64,000 nucleotides of DNA from Candidatus Zhuqueibacterota bacterium. Its GTDB lineage: Bacteria > Zhuqueibacterota > Zhuqueibacteria > Thermofontimicrobiales > Thermofontimicrobiaceae. Made by a program: the position numbers and the translations under genes. The stretch's first letter is position 1. The number at the start of each line of letters is the position of its first letter. Shown in pieces: positions 49,059-59,001 of this stretch. The stretch lies in assembly GCA_049322915.1 (NCBI GenBank), contig JBMOPW010000034.1, forward strand, positions 520,567 through 584,566, in the 5' to 3' direction. The notes beneath the pieces were generated by a model that was not told where the DNA came from, made no database searches, and was given only the letters and a program-made list of their open reading frames with translations.

Positions 49059-51454
49059 CGCGAGCTTCCTCGTTTTGCATCCGGTGGACGCAGTTTGTGG
49101 TTCAAAATAATTTCTTCCAAATTGAGGGGAAGATTGAAAAATCGTCTGCCCGTGGCATTGCGCACAGCATTGGCAATGGCGGCAGCCGTCAATTCCAGAG
49201 TCGGCTCGCCCAGCGATTTGGCGCCCCAGGGTCCGTATGTGTCGTTGCCTTCAATGAAAACCGGCACAATCTCGCCGATGTCCTTGCTCGTGGGAATGAG
49301 GATCTGATCGAAATTCAATTCCCGGATGAATCCATCGGACGCGGTAATCTCTTCCCATAATCCATAGCCGGCGCCCTGGGTGACACCGCCAAACACCTGT
49401 CCCCGCGCACCGAGCAGATTGATCACCTTGCCGGGATCGTGCACAGCCAGGATCCGATCCACCAGGACTTCGCCGGTCACCATGTTCACGGAGACCTCCG
49501 CGACCTGGCAGCCGTAGACATAGGTGAAATACGCCGCGCCCTGGCCGGTATCTTCGCGCCAGTCCACTTTGGGGCCGGGGTACCAGCCAATCGCCGATAG
49601 ATTAACGCCCTGATGATACGCCTTTCGGCACAGGTCTGAAAAAGCGATCTGCTTCTCTCTCGCTCCATTCGCCCGCACAATTCCGCCGCGGAAAATCAGG
49701 TCGTCCTTTTCCGACAGGTTCCACTCGCGTCGCAGAAAATCGGACAACCGATCCCGGATGTGTTCCGCAGCCAGTTTCACTGCGCCGCCGCCCATCAGCG
49801 TGGCACGAGACGCAACTGTCGGGCCGCTGTCAGGAATCAGACCTGTATCCAGTTCCAGGTAAAAAATTTGGGTTTCGCTGATTCCCAGCACCTCGGCAGC
49901 GATCATCGCAAATGTGGTGCGCATGCCCTGTCCGTTCTCCGCCAGCCCGGCGGACAAATGCGCCGAGCCATCCGGCTGAACAGCCATGTACGCAGCGGCA
50001 GCGTCGATTCCCTCCGCGCCCAGGGAGCAACCGCGATAACTCAATGCCAGCCCAATGCCTTTTCGCACCCGGTTTTCCGCAGCCGGAAAATCCCCGGGGG
50101 CTAACACACCATTGGCGCCAGTGTCATTTGCATCCTGCGCTGAAAAAGCCGGCGGCTGATGGTGATTGTCCAGCCAGTTTTGTGTGAAGTTCGAAAGACG
50201 GACTGCCGTGTCCATCACCGTCAGCAAGTTTACATCGTGATGGCGCAGTTGCTGGCCGCTCGCCGTGTACGAGCCCTGACGCAGACCATTGATACGCCGG
50301 ATATCGACCGGCGTTTTGCCCAGGCGAATCGCAATCTCGTCCATGATCGATTCCTCGGCGAAAATCGGCTGCGGAGAACCAAAACCCCGCATGGCTCCGG
50401 TGTAGGGATTGTTCGTGTACACCGCGCGCACGTCTGTCCACACGTTTTCGATAGCGTAGGGGCCGGTCGCCTGCACCACGGTCCGCCACGTCACAAATGG
50501 GCTCATGGAGGCGTAGGCGCCGCCATCGGCCAGCACATCGATTTTCATGGCGAGAATTTTTCCATCGCGGTTGAATCCCACTTTGTAGCACAAAATGTAC
50601 GGATGCCGCTTATAGGATTCGAGCACCGATTCTTCGCGGCTGTACCGAATTTTGACCGGCCGGCCGGTTTTAAGCGCAGCAATGGCAGCGCGGGCAGCCA
50701 GGATATTCATGGTGTCGTCCTTGCCCCCGAAAGAACCGCCAAGTTCAGCCTGTTCCACGCGGACCCTGGCCAGCGGCCAGCCCAGCACCGAAGCGACGGC
50801 GCTTCGCGCTGAAAACGGATTTTGGATGCTGCCAATTATTTTGATGCCTTTGTTCCCTTCGCGGGGAATAGCAATCACCGCTTCCGGTTCAATGTACGCG
50901 TGTTCGATCAACTGAGTGGTATAGGTTTGTTCCAGCACAAAATCGCTCGCCGCCATCCCTTTCTCCACGTCACCTTTGCGCAGCGGGTAATGGATGATCA
51001 GATTGCTGCCCAATTCAGGATGAATGAGCGGGGCATCCGAACCCAGGGATAGCTTCGGATCGGTCAGCGGCGGCAGCGTCTGGTAATCGACCCTCACGTA
51101 CTCCCGCAGTCGAATGAGCTTTTCTTCGTCCGGCCCAACGAGCATGGCCACGACATCGCCGGGAGTGACAATTTTTTCATGGGAGAAAATCGGCTGGTCT
51201 TTTTTCAATAGCCCAATTTTTTTAGTGCCGGGAATATCGCTGGCTGTGCAGACAGCAATCACATCCTGGTGATTTGCCAGCGCGGTGGCATCGATGGTGC
51301 GAATGAGCGCATGGGAGACAGACAGTCGCACCATGACCGCCCGCAGTTGGCCGGGAATGGTGTAGTCGTCGGCAAACAACGCCTGGCCAGTGACTTTCTC
51401 AAGGCCATCAATGCGATGAATCTCCTTGCCTATTTTTTCGAAGTTCGTGTTCAT
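49055..51454 (-). CDS. Xanthine-dehydrogenase-family molybdopterin-binding subunit (set 1)
   Basis: KVTG.A.F..D, GGSFGGK, KRHP, AMRGFGSPQ, ENGQG, DSGPTVASR, GAKSLGE. Confidence 0.9.
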   Translation of the reverse strand: MNTNFEKIGKEIHRIDGLEKVTGQALFADDYTIPGQLRAVMVRLSVSHALIRTIDATALANHQDVIAVCTASDIPGTKKIGLLKKDQPIFSHEKIVTPGDVVAMLVGPDEEKLIRLREYVRVDYQTLPPLTDPKLSLGSDAPLIHPELGSNLIIHYPLRKGDVEKGMAASDFVLEQTYTTQLIEHAYIEPEAVIAIPREGNKGIKIIGSIQNPFSARSAVASVLGWPLARVRVEQAELGGSFGGKDDTMNILAARAAIAALKTGRPVKIRYSREESVLESYKRHPYILCYKVGFNRDGKILAMKIDVLADGGAYASMSPFVTWRTVVQATGPYAIENVWTDVRAVYTNNPYTGAMRGFGSPQPIFAEESIMDEIAIRLGKTPVDIRRINGLRQGSYTASGQQLRHHDVNLLTVMDTAVRLSNFTQNWLDNHHQPPAFSAQDANDTGANGVLAPGDFPAAENRVRKGIGLALSYRGCSLGAEGIDAAAAYMAVQPDGSAHLSAGLAENGQGMRTTFAMIAAEVLGISETQIFYLELDTGLIPDSGPTVASRATLMGGGAVKLAAEHIRDRLSDFLRREWNLSEKDDLIFRGGIVRANGAREKQIAFSDLCRKAYHQGVNLSAIGWYPGPKVDWREDTGQGAAYFTYVYGCQVAEVSVNMVTGEVLVDRILAVHDPGKVINLLGARGQVFGGVTQGAGYGLWEEITASDGFIRELNFDQILIPTSKDIGEIVPVFIEGNDTYGPWGAKSLGEPTLELTAAAIANAVRNATGRRFFNLPLNLEEIILNHKLRPPDAKRGSSR

Positions 51455-51564
51455 GTATTAAACCTGGTGCTGGTTGGAAAAGCCACATGCATGAGGTAAT
51501 TTGCATGGCGCACGCGTGAAAAGCGAAGCGGCGTTTCATCGGAACCGCTTCGTATTGGTCGGCT

Positions 51565-51593
51565 AATATAAAAAATAATGCTCAGAAAGTCAA
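51565..51593 (-). promoter_or_regulatory. Sigma70-type promoter for the xdh cluster
   Basis: TTGACT-17 bp-TATATT on the - strand. Confidence 0.6.
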
Positions 51594-52097
51594 ATTAATT
51601 TTTGAGCTACAGATGCGGCGGCGTGCGGCTGTTTTTCAGCGTCATCTGAAATGAATATCGCTTCGGACAAGACAGTTCCTCTTCGATCCTGAAGTGCATC
51701 AACTGAGTCGCAGCAAGCGAACCGATTGAACCGGGTTCTCCTTGAAGAAGCTAAACCATCGAATAATATCTGGCCCTCAAACCCGCTTGCCCGAATATCG
51801 ATGGTGTTAAAATATAGTAATTTCACCAGAAAAACTTGTTTTTAATCTATGGTTTTTTAAATTAATACACCGCAAATTCCGCGGGCATTTGGAAGTTGCC
51901 GGAGCACCCGGAGCAGCGCATTCGTTACAATAATTTCTTTGACCGGGAGTTAAGTTTTTCAATGGCCGGAGCGATGAATAATAATACTATCCGCGGCAAC
52001 GATTAGCGCTCGGTTCAGCCGCGGGAATGTGGGAGATAATGCAATGCCCGCATCAATTTTTAATCGGTTCAGAAATATTGCCTGCGTCAAAATCAAC

Positions 52098-52126
52098 TTG
52101 AATTTCGGATGAGAAACAGTTATATT
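52098..52126 (+). promoter_or_regulatory. Sigma70-type promoter for ugd
   Basis: TTGAAT-17 bp-TATATT. Confidence 0.5.
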
Positions 52127-52232
52127 CAACACTAATTCTATATGCTGAATCTGAAAGAGTCAGAGGTATCGTTTGTAAATTCAGGGAGTAACAAAGCCAT
52201 TTTAACACGAAGTTAAATCAGAGGAGAAGAAG

Positions 52233-53555
52233 ATGAAAATTTCAGTCGTGGGAACCGGCTATGTCGGACTGGTGACAGGTACATGTTTTGCGGAAACGGG
52301 CATCAATGTAACGTGCGTCGATGTGGACGTCACTAAAATTGAAAACCTGAAAAAGGGAATTTTGCCGATTTACGAACCGGGTCTGGATACAATTTTGGAG
52401 CGCAACGTGAGTAAAGATCGGCTTCATTTCACAACCGACATCAAAGAAGGGCTTGAGGATTGTGAGGTCGTTTTTATTGCAGTCGGCACGCCCCCGGACG
52501 AAGACGGCAGCGCGGATCTGAAACATGTCCTGGCCGTTGCAGCAGACATTGGTAAATACATGAAAGACTACGTGGTTGTGGTGACAAAAAGCACGGTGCC
52601 GGTTGGCACAGCAAAAAAGGTGAAAGCGGCCGTTCAGAAAGAACTGGATAAACGCGGGTCAGAACTCCCATTCGATGTCTCCTCCAATCCTGAATTTCTC
52701 AAAGAAGGCGCGGCCATTTCGGACTTCATGAAGCCGGACCGAATCGTCGTTGGCATCGAGTCGGAGCGAGGCGAAGAAATGATGAAACGATTGTACAAGC
52801 CGTTTGTGATGAACGGGCACCCCATCATTTTCATGGACATACCCTCGGCGGAGATGACCAAATACGCGGCTAATTCCATGCTGGCCACAAAAATCAGTTT
52901 CATGAATGACATTGCCAACCTGTGCGAGATTGTCGGCGCGGATGTCAACCTTGTCAGGAAAGGCATCGGCAGCGATTCGCGCATTGGCAATAAATTCATC
53001 TATCCCGGCATTGGTTACGGCGGCTCCTGTTTTCCCAAAGATGTGAAGGCGCTGATTCATACCGCCAAAGAATATAAATATGACATGCGAGTTTTATTGG
53101 CCGTCGAAAACGTAAATGAAGACCAGAAATCGGTCCTGTTCAATAAGGTCAATACGTTCTACGGCAATAATCTGAAGGGAAAGACAATTGCATTGTGGGG
53201 ACTCTCGTTCAAGCCGGAAACCGATGACATGCGCGAGGCGCCATCACTGGTCATCATCGACAAACTGCTCAATGCCGGAGCGACGGTGAAGGCCTACGAT
53301 CCCCAGGCCATGCACGAAGCAAAGCGAATCGTGGGTGACAAAATTGAATATGTGAAAGATCAATACGAGGCGCTCATCGACGCGGATTGCCTGTTAATTT
53401 TGACGGAATGGCAGGAGTTCCGCTTCCCGAATTTCAAAGTAATACAAAAGCTGCTGAAGAAACCGGTGGTCTTCGACGGTCGCAATATTTTCGACGTCGC
53501 TGAGATGAAAGAGATGGGCTTCAAATATTACTGCATCGGTATCAAAGCTGAATAG
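52233..53555 (+). CDS. ugd: UDP-glucose 6-dehydrogenase
   Basis: GTGYVG, PIYEPGL, KSTVPVG, SNPEFLKEG, GYGGSCFPKD, FKPETDDMR, DGRN. Confidence 0.93.
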   Translation: MKISVVGTGYVGLVTGTCFAETGINVTCVDVDVTKIENLKKGILPIYEPGLDTILERNVSKDRLHFTTDIKEGLEDCEVVFIAVGTPPDEDGSADLKHVLAVAADIGKYMKDYVVVVTKSTVPVGTAKKVKAAVQKELDKRGSELPFDVSSNPEFLKEGAAISDFMKPDRIVVGIESERGEEMMKRLYKPFVMNGHPIIFMDIPSAEMTKYAANSMLATKISFMNDIANLCEIVGADVNLVRKGIGSDSRIGNKFIYPGIGYGGSCFPKDVKALIHTAKEYKYDMRVLLAVENVNEDQKSVLFNKVNTFYGNNLKGKTIALWGLSFKPETDDMREAPSLVIIDKLLNAGATVKAYDPQAMHEAKRIVGDKIEYVKDQYEALIDADCLLILTEWQEFRFPNFKVIQKLLKKPVVFDGRNIFDVAEMKEMGFKYYCIGIKAE

Positions 53556-53578
53556 CATTTCCCCAGACTTAAAAAGTG

Positions 53579-53623
53579 AACCTCTCTGATATTCCTTATA
53601 CTGAATTCAGAGAGGTTTTTTTT
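53579..53623 (+). terminator. Intrinsic terminator after ugd
   Basis: aacctctctga...tcagagagg followed by a T-run. Confidence 0.7.
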
Positions 53624-53711
53624 ATGTTGATCACGGACAGCGTGTGGGTGATTTCAATAATCCAGTGACAGGCAGGAAGCCTGTGATTTACGGCTTTGCG
53701 TTTGGCGCGAA

Positions 53712-56690
53712 TCATAAAAACCGCACCGTTGAGACATTCAATGTGACAGCGCCGAATTCTTCTTCAACCCGGCCCTGCAGAATATAGGGCTGAGAATGGC
53801 TGAGCATGTAGCAGAATTGCTGATACGTCTTTGGAAAAAAGATGGCCTCGTAAATCGCGGTTGTGTCTTCAAAGCTGATGAACTCCATCATTTCATCGTC
53901 TTTGGTGCGAGTCAACTTTCGGGTGACAAGCCAGCCGATGGTGGTGACATTTTTCCCGATGAACAGCGGCAAGTCTTTGGCGGCAATGTACGAGATATTT
54001 TTCAACCGGTCCGAATAAAGCGTCAATGGATGCCGGCTGAGGATAAATCCCAATGTCTCGCACTCGTGCTGCAATTGCGTCCTGAAATCGTAATTGGCCG
54101 AACCGGGTAACTTGCCCGGACTCTGGTCGAACAGCGACATGGTTCCATTGTTTTTCTTCAATCGAAAATCCTGCCAGTACATCAACCGCCACATTAATTC
54201 CGGTCGCGTCTTTTCCGGCTCAAGCGCATCGAACATGCCGGCCTTGATGAGAATTCTCACATCATTGGGCGCAAGCGACAGCCGGCTGAGCAGGTCATCA
54301 AAGGAGCGAAACAGCCCGTTCTTTTGTCGCTCCTCCAAAATTTTTTCAATCGCCTCTTTTTGAATTTCCTTCAATTGGATGAAACCGACCCGTACCTGTT
54401 TGTCTTTGCCGGAATAGCTCCATTCGCTCTCATTGATGTCGGGCAAGAGGATGGTGAGCCCCATGCGCCGGGCCTCGGAAATGTAGGCGAACGTCGAGTA
54501 ATAGCCGCCCTGGTTGCTGATCACGGACGCGATGAACTCTGCCGGGTAATGGGCGCGCAGGTAACAGGATTTGAACGAAACGAGCGCGAACGACGCGGAG
54601 TGCGGTTTGCAGAAACTGTAGCCGGTGAAGCTCAGAATCATCTCCCAGATCCGATCGATCGTCTTCTGATCGACGCCTTTGCGCATGGCGCCGGTGAAGA
54701 ATTTCTCCCTGAAATCGGACATGCGTTTTGTAATTCTCTTCTTGGAGAGAATCCGGCGCAGGTCATCAGCTTCGGCCGGGTCGAAATCCGCTATGGCCAT
54801 GGCCACCTTGGAGACATCTTCCTGGTAGCACATAATGCCATAGGTTTCTTTGAGAATGCCATCCAGCAGCGGGTGAAGCGGCTCGTAGTGTTCGCCGTGC
54901 AATCGCTTGAGATACTCGTTAATGTACACATTGGCTGCCGGACGAATGATCGAGCTGTGAATGACAAGGTGTGCAAAATCCCCGGTGCGACTTTTTTTCT
55001 GAAGCAACCGCATGGCCGGCGATTCCACGTAAAAAACGCCCATCGTTTCGCCATTGCGGATCAGTTCCTGGGTGGCCGGGTCATCGATCGGATTCCACAT
55101 CTCGTATTGAATTTCAACGCCGTAATTCTTTTTGATGGCATCGAGCGCGTCGCGGATGACTGCCAGCGAGCGGTTGCCCAACAGGTCGATTTTCACCAGC
55201 CCTGCATCCTCGGCCTGGTCTTTTTCCCATTGAATAATATTCACCCCTTTGGCCGCCTGTTCGCGCGGAACGTAGTTGTCCAGAGCAGTGGGCGTGATCA
55301 CCACGCCGCCGCAGTGCACGGACATATTTCTCGGGATGGACTCCAGCTTTTCCGCCAGGTCAATGATTTCCGGCCAGGGGCCATTGAATTGATGAAATCG
55401 ATAGGCCGGGTGGTCGGCAATCATCGTCTTCAGCCGATCCGCATGCCAGTAATGCGATAGCTTTTTGGTGACCAGGTTAATTTCCGATTCCGGCAGTCCG
55501 TAGACTTTGGCCACTTCTCGTACAGCCGCCCGCGCTTTGAACCCAACGTGATTGGAAATCATGGCCGCGCGGTTTGCGCCGTATTTTTGGAAGACATAAT
55601 CGAGAATTTTATCCCGTTCGTCCCAGGGAAAATCCACATCGATATCCGGCGGGTCTTTGCGGCCCACGTTCAGAAATCGCTCGAAAAACAGATCGTGGGC
55701 AATGGGGTCCACGTGAGTGATTTCGAGGCAATAGGACACGATGCTGGCCGCCGCAGAGCCGCGTCCGCAGGTGCGCCGCGACTGCTGCACAATATCCTGA
55801 ACTACCAGAAAATAGGGAGCAAAGCCCTTTTCCCTGATGATGCCCAATTCGTATTCCAGCCGCTGCGCAACTTGCGGGGTAATTTCGTCGTAGCGTTTCG
55901 CCGCGCCGGCATAGCACTGTTTTTTCAGATACTCAAAGGCAGTGCCATTGGTAAAATTCGAAAAGTCAGGGAAAATTGGCCCGCCGAAATCCAATGCGTG
56001 CAAACATTGATCGGCAATCTTCCCGGTCGTCTCCAGCGCCTCGGGAACATCGGGAAACGCCTGCGCCATCTGGTCCGGACTCTTCAGCCAGGCCTCCGGC
56101 GACGTCAGCTCCTTTTCGTCGAGAGCTGACAGCGCCACATTGCAATCGATTGCCCGCAGCAGGCGGTGCAAAGGGAAGTCTTTTCGGTCGGCAAAATAGA
56201 CGCCGTTTGTCGCCACCGGCGCCAGGCCCGTGGAACGGGCATAATCGAGCAGCGTTAACCGGCGCGGACCAGGCTGCAACTCAACGTACAGACTGTCGGG
56301 ATCGACTTTTTTCTTCAACAGGTTGAGCATGGGAATCGAATCGCTGATTAAAAACAATCCATCGGAGAATCGCGATAGCAGATCCAGCAGGGAAAAATCG
56401 CTGTTCAGGTGCCGTTGGGAAATGATCCGACACAGGTTGCTGTAGCCGGTCTTGTTCTTGACCAGCAAAACCGCCCGCAGTCCATTGGACACAACCTCGC
56501 TGCCGAAAATTGGCGTGATGCCCACCTCGCGGGCGATTTGCATAAACCAGATCAGCCCGTACACACCGTTGGTGTCGGTCAGCGCCAGGGATTTCATGCC
56601 CCGGTTTTTGGCGGTAAGGCACAACGCTTCAATGGAACTGGCGCCGCGACCAAAGGAATAAAAACTATGGGTGTGCAGGTGAGTGAACAT
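53712..56690 (-). CDS. dnaE2: Error-prone DNA polymerase III alpha (DnaE2/ImuC type)
   Basis: PHP domain HLHTHS, GRGSAA, FERFL, PDIDVDF; ends at the OB fold with no tau-binding tail; downstream of lexA and imuB. Confidence 0.85.
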   Translation of the reverse strand: MFTHLHTHSFYSFGRGASSIEALCLTAKNRGMKSLALTDTNGVYGLIWFMQIAREVGITPIFGSEVVSNGLRAVLLVKNKTGYSNLCRIISQRHLNSDFSLLDLLSRFSDGLFLISDSIPMLNLLKKKVDPDSLYVELQPGPRRLTLLDYARSTGLAPVATNGVYFADRKDFPLHRLLRAIDCNVALSALDEKELTSPEAWLKSPDQMAQAFPDVPEALETTGKIADQCLHALDFGGPIFPDFSNFTNGTAFEYLKKQCYAGAAKRYDEITPQVAQRLEYELGIIREKGFAPYFLVVQDIVQQSRRTCGRGSAAASIVSYCLEITHVDPIAHDLFFERFLNVGRKDPPDIDVDFPWDERDKILDYVFQKYGANRAAMISNHVGFKARAAVREVAKVYGLPESEINLVTKKLSHYWHADRLKTMIADHPAYRFHQFNGPWPEIIDLAEKLESIPRNMSVHCGGVVITPTALDNYVPREQAAKGVNIIQWEKDQAEDAGLVKIDLLGNRSLAVIRDALDAIKKNYGVEIQYEMWNPIDDPATQELIRNGETMGVFYVESPAMRLLQKKSRTGDFAHLVIHSSIIRPAANVYINEYLKRLHGEHYEPLHPLLDGILKETYGIMCYQEDVSKVAMAIADFDPAEADDLRRILSKKRITKRMSDFREKFFTGAMRKGVDQKTIDRIWEMILSFTGYSFCKPHSASFALVSFKSCYLRAHYPAEFIASVISNQGGYYSTFAYISEARRMGLTILLPDINESEWSYSGKDKQVRVGFIQLKEIQKEAIEKILEERQKNGLFRSFDDLLSRLSLAPNDVRILIKAGMFDALEPEKTRPELMWRLMYWQDFRLKKNNGTMSLFDQSPGKLPGSANYDFRTQLQHECETLGFILSRHPLTLYSDRLKNISYIAAKDLPLFIGKNVTTIGWLVTRKLTRTKDDEMMEFISFEDTTAIYEAIFFPKTYQQFCYMLSHSQPYILQGRVEEEFGAVTLNVSTVRFL

Positions 56691-56831
56691 CTCTGTTGTA
56701 TCTCCTCCCAATTTCATATTTTTAAATAGGTCCATTTGCTTTAAAGCTAATAGCTGGAAGCTTTTAAAATCCGAATCAAAATCTAAAAATTATCAATTCA
56801 CTTCCTCAGCAAGAAAGCACGTCCCGCTCGC

Positions 56832-57986
56832 TCACTTAACAAACGAAAACCTAACGGCATCGTCGCCAAAGCGGTCCCGGATGCGATCCATGGCCTGGGT
56901 CAACGCGACTTTTGTGGATTGCGGCGTCTGGTCGAACAGAGAAAGCTGGGCTGAAACCGGTGTCAACTGGAAAAACCGGAGGGCCAGCTTTCGCACCCGA
57001 ATACGCCGCGTCAGAATTTTTTTGAATAACTCATCCACAGCAAGAAACAGTTCGCCATCGGCCTGCGTGGCAGCCGGCAGCCGTCGCTGTCCGCACGCCT
57101 CGCGATGGTCAGCGTAATAAATCTCCAGCACGAGCTTGCGGGTCGTTTGCCGGGTGGCTCGCAAACGGCGTCCGGCGTTTTCGGTCAATTGGTACAACGC
57201 ACTGCGCAGGACATTGACGTCGTTGCTGTCCTCGGCCAGCGTGTGTTGTTCGTACAGATTGGGCAACTGCTGCGGCGGCCAGACCGGGGTGTTATCAATG
57301 CCATTGGCAGCGCGGTGCAGCTTCAGGCCGGTGCGGCCGAAAATCATTGTCAGATGTGGGATCGAAAGACTGGAAATCTGTTCAATGATGCGGATGTTGA
57401 GGTCCAGCAATTGTTTTTTCACGGGCTGGCTGATCCAGGGAAGATGATGAATTTTGAGCGGCGCGATGAACTGCCGCTCAGCGCCCCATTCCACCTCCTG
57501 CACGCCCCCGGGCGCACTCACTTCCGAAGCAATTTTGCTGACCATTTTGTTGCCGGCAACCCCCAGACTGGTGGGCAAGCGAAGCCGAGACAGAATTTCC
57601 TGCTGAATTTTTATCGCGGTATCGGTCGTAATTCCGAACAGCCGCCGCGTGCCGGTGATGTCCAGATAGGCGTGACCGTAGTCGTTGGGCTCCGTGATGG
57701 GCGTAAACTGCGACACAATATTCATCATCGCCCGCATGGCGCGGCTGTACAACGGTTCATTAGGCGGAATGACGGTGACGTCTCGGCACAGCCGCAACGC
57801 TTTTTGCAGCAACATGCCGCGGTAAATTCCGGCCTGCCGCGCCTCCAGCGACGTGGACTGAACAACCGCCCGGTCCATGGCCGGGTAGCTCACAATCACC
57901 GGCCGGTCCCGAAGCCGCGCATCCACCACCCGTTCCACGGAAACCGCGAACGAGTTGACATCGATATGTACAATGTGACGCTCCAT
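56832..57986 (-). CDS. imuB: Y-family polymerase homolog, probably catalytically inactive (ImuB-like)
   Basis: HIDVNSF and S.EAR..G present; the SIDE catalytic motif reads DYGH; QLSLF clamp-binding motif. Confidence 0.75.
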   Translation of the reverse strand: MERHIVHIDVNSFAVSVERVVDARLRDRPVIVSYPAMDRAVVQSTSLEARQAGIYRGMLLQKALRLCRDVTVIPPNEPLYSRAMRAMMNIVSQFTPITEPNDYGHAYLDITGTRRLFGITTDTAIKIQQEILSRLRLPTSLGVAGNKMVSKIASEVSAPGGVQEVEWGAERQFIAPLKIHHLPWISQPVKKQLLDLNIRIIEQISSLSIPHLTMIFGRTGLKLHRAANGIDNTPVWPPQQLPNLYEQHTLAEDSNDVNVLRSALYQLTENAGRRLRATRQTTRKLVLEIYYADHREACGQRRLPAATQADGELFLAVDELFKKILTRRIRVRKLALRFFQLTPVSAQLSLFDQTPQSTKVALTQAMDRIRDRFGDDAVRFSFVK

Positions 57987-58121
57987 TTTTCTGCTCTATT
58001 TGATTGATGTTCCCGGACGACAGAAGCGTCGTGACAATTGTGGGGTCAGTGATAAGCGATAGCACACTTGACAATTGATTTTAAATGGCGAATGGCTAAC
58101 GATCAATTGTGAATGCAGGAA

Positions 58122-58760
58122 CTAAAGCACCTGTTCCCGAATCAGTGCGGTGACTCGCCCCTGCAGCGACCAGGGCTCTTCCGGATGAATATCGGAATAC
58201 TCAGGATTTTCCGCTTTCAAAAACCGCTGATTGTCCTTCAAAATCAGCCGCTTCACCGTCACTTCATTGCCGATGAGCGCCACCACAATGTCGCCGTTTT
58301 TGGCAAGGTGCGTGGACTGAACAATCACCAAATCCCCGTCAAAAATGCCGGCGCGCATCATGCTGTCACCGCGCACGCGCAACGCAAAACAGGGCTGCTT
58401 GCTGCCAATCAGATACTGCGGCACATAAATGAACTTTTCGATGTTTTCCTCGGTCAGCACCGGCGCGCCGGCAGCCACAGCGCCGATGAGCGGCAATTTT
58501 AACGACTGGCCAAAATCGAAGTTCTCCTCGCGGTCATGCTCTTCTTCCAGCGGCTTCAAAATGCGAATGTCCCGCGCTTTGTTGGACCGCTGAATATAGC
58601 CTTTTTTCACCAGCGCATCGAGATGGCTGAGCACCGCGTTTTTAGAACCCATTCCCAGCTCCTCGCGCAACTCGTCCAGCGTGGGCGGAAAACCATCCTC
58701 CGCTATTCTCTGGCTGATGATTTCCAATACCTGGATTTGCTTCTCGGTCAATTCTTTCAT
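58122..58760 (-). CDS. lexA: LexA repressor
   Basis: LT.KQ, PPT..E wHTH, VAAG cleavage site, GDSM (Ser), VTVK (Lys). Confidence 0.93.
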   Translation of the reverse strand: MKELTEKQIQVLEIISQRIAEDGFPPTLDELREELGMGSKNAVLSHLDALVKKGYIQRSNKARDIRILKPLEEEHDREENFDFGQSLKLPLIGAVAAGAPVLTEENIEKFIYVPQYLIGSKQPCFALRVRGDSMMRAGIFDGDLVIVQSTHLAKNGDIVVALIGNEVTVKRLILKDNQRFLKAENPEYSDIHPEEPWSLQGRVTALIREQVL

Positions 58761-58790
58761 GGCCTTCCCCTTGATAATAGACATTTTACT

Positions 58791-58832
58791 TAACTTTTGT
58801 TTGATTAAATTTAGTTAGGTTAACTTTTGTAC
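58791..58832. promoter_or_regulatory. Three tandem candidate LexA operators (TAAC-N4-GTTA-like)
   Basis: TAACttttGTTT (58791), TAAAtttaGTTA (58806), TAACttttGTAC (58821); 15-bp period. Confidence 0.6.
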
Positions 58833-58837
58833 AGTAT

Positions 58838-58866
58838 AATATATTATATTTTTTTTGAAATGTCAA
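58838..58866 (-). promoter_or_regulatory. Sigma70-type lexA promoter
   Basis: TTGACA-17 bp-TATATT on the - strand. Confidence 0.7.
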
Positions 58867-59001
58867 GGGAAAAATTTTGTATATGCAAAATAAATTTGTA
58901 TATTATTTCGAACAAAATCCAAATTTATGTGTTATGAATTCAGTTTTCATGTGTCTTATATAATAGAAAATCAACAAAAAAAACCGCAAAGGAAAAATCA
59001 C

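Noticed and set aside
37309..51454. Selenocysteine read-through in the Mo-hydroxylase genes
   Set aside because: All subunits are uninterrupted ORFs of expected size with no in-frame TGA
51455..51560. Purine riboswitch in the xdh leader
   Set aside because: Only a simple hairpin (cgaagcgg...ccgcttcg) is present; the purine aptamer consensus is missing
56832..57986. Call as active DNA polymerase IV (dinB)
   Set aside because: The catalytic Asp-Glu pair of the SIDE motif is replaced
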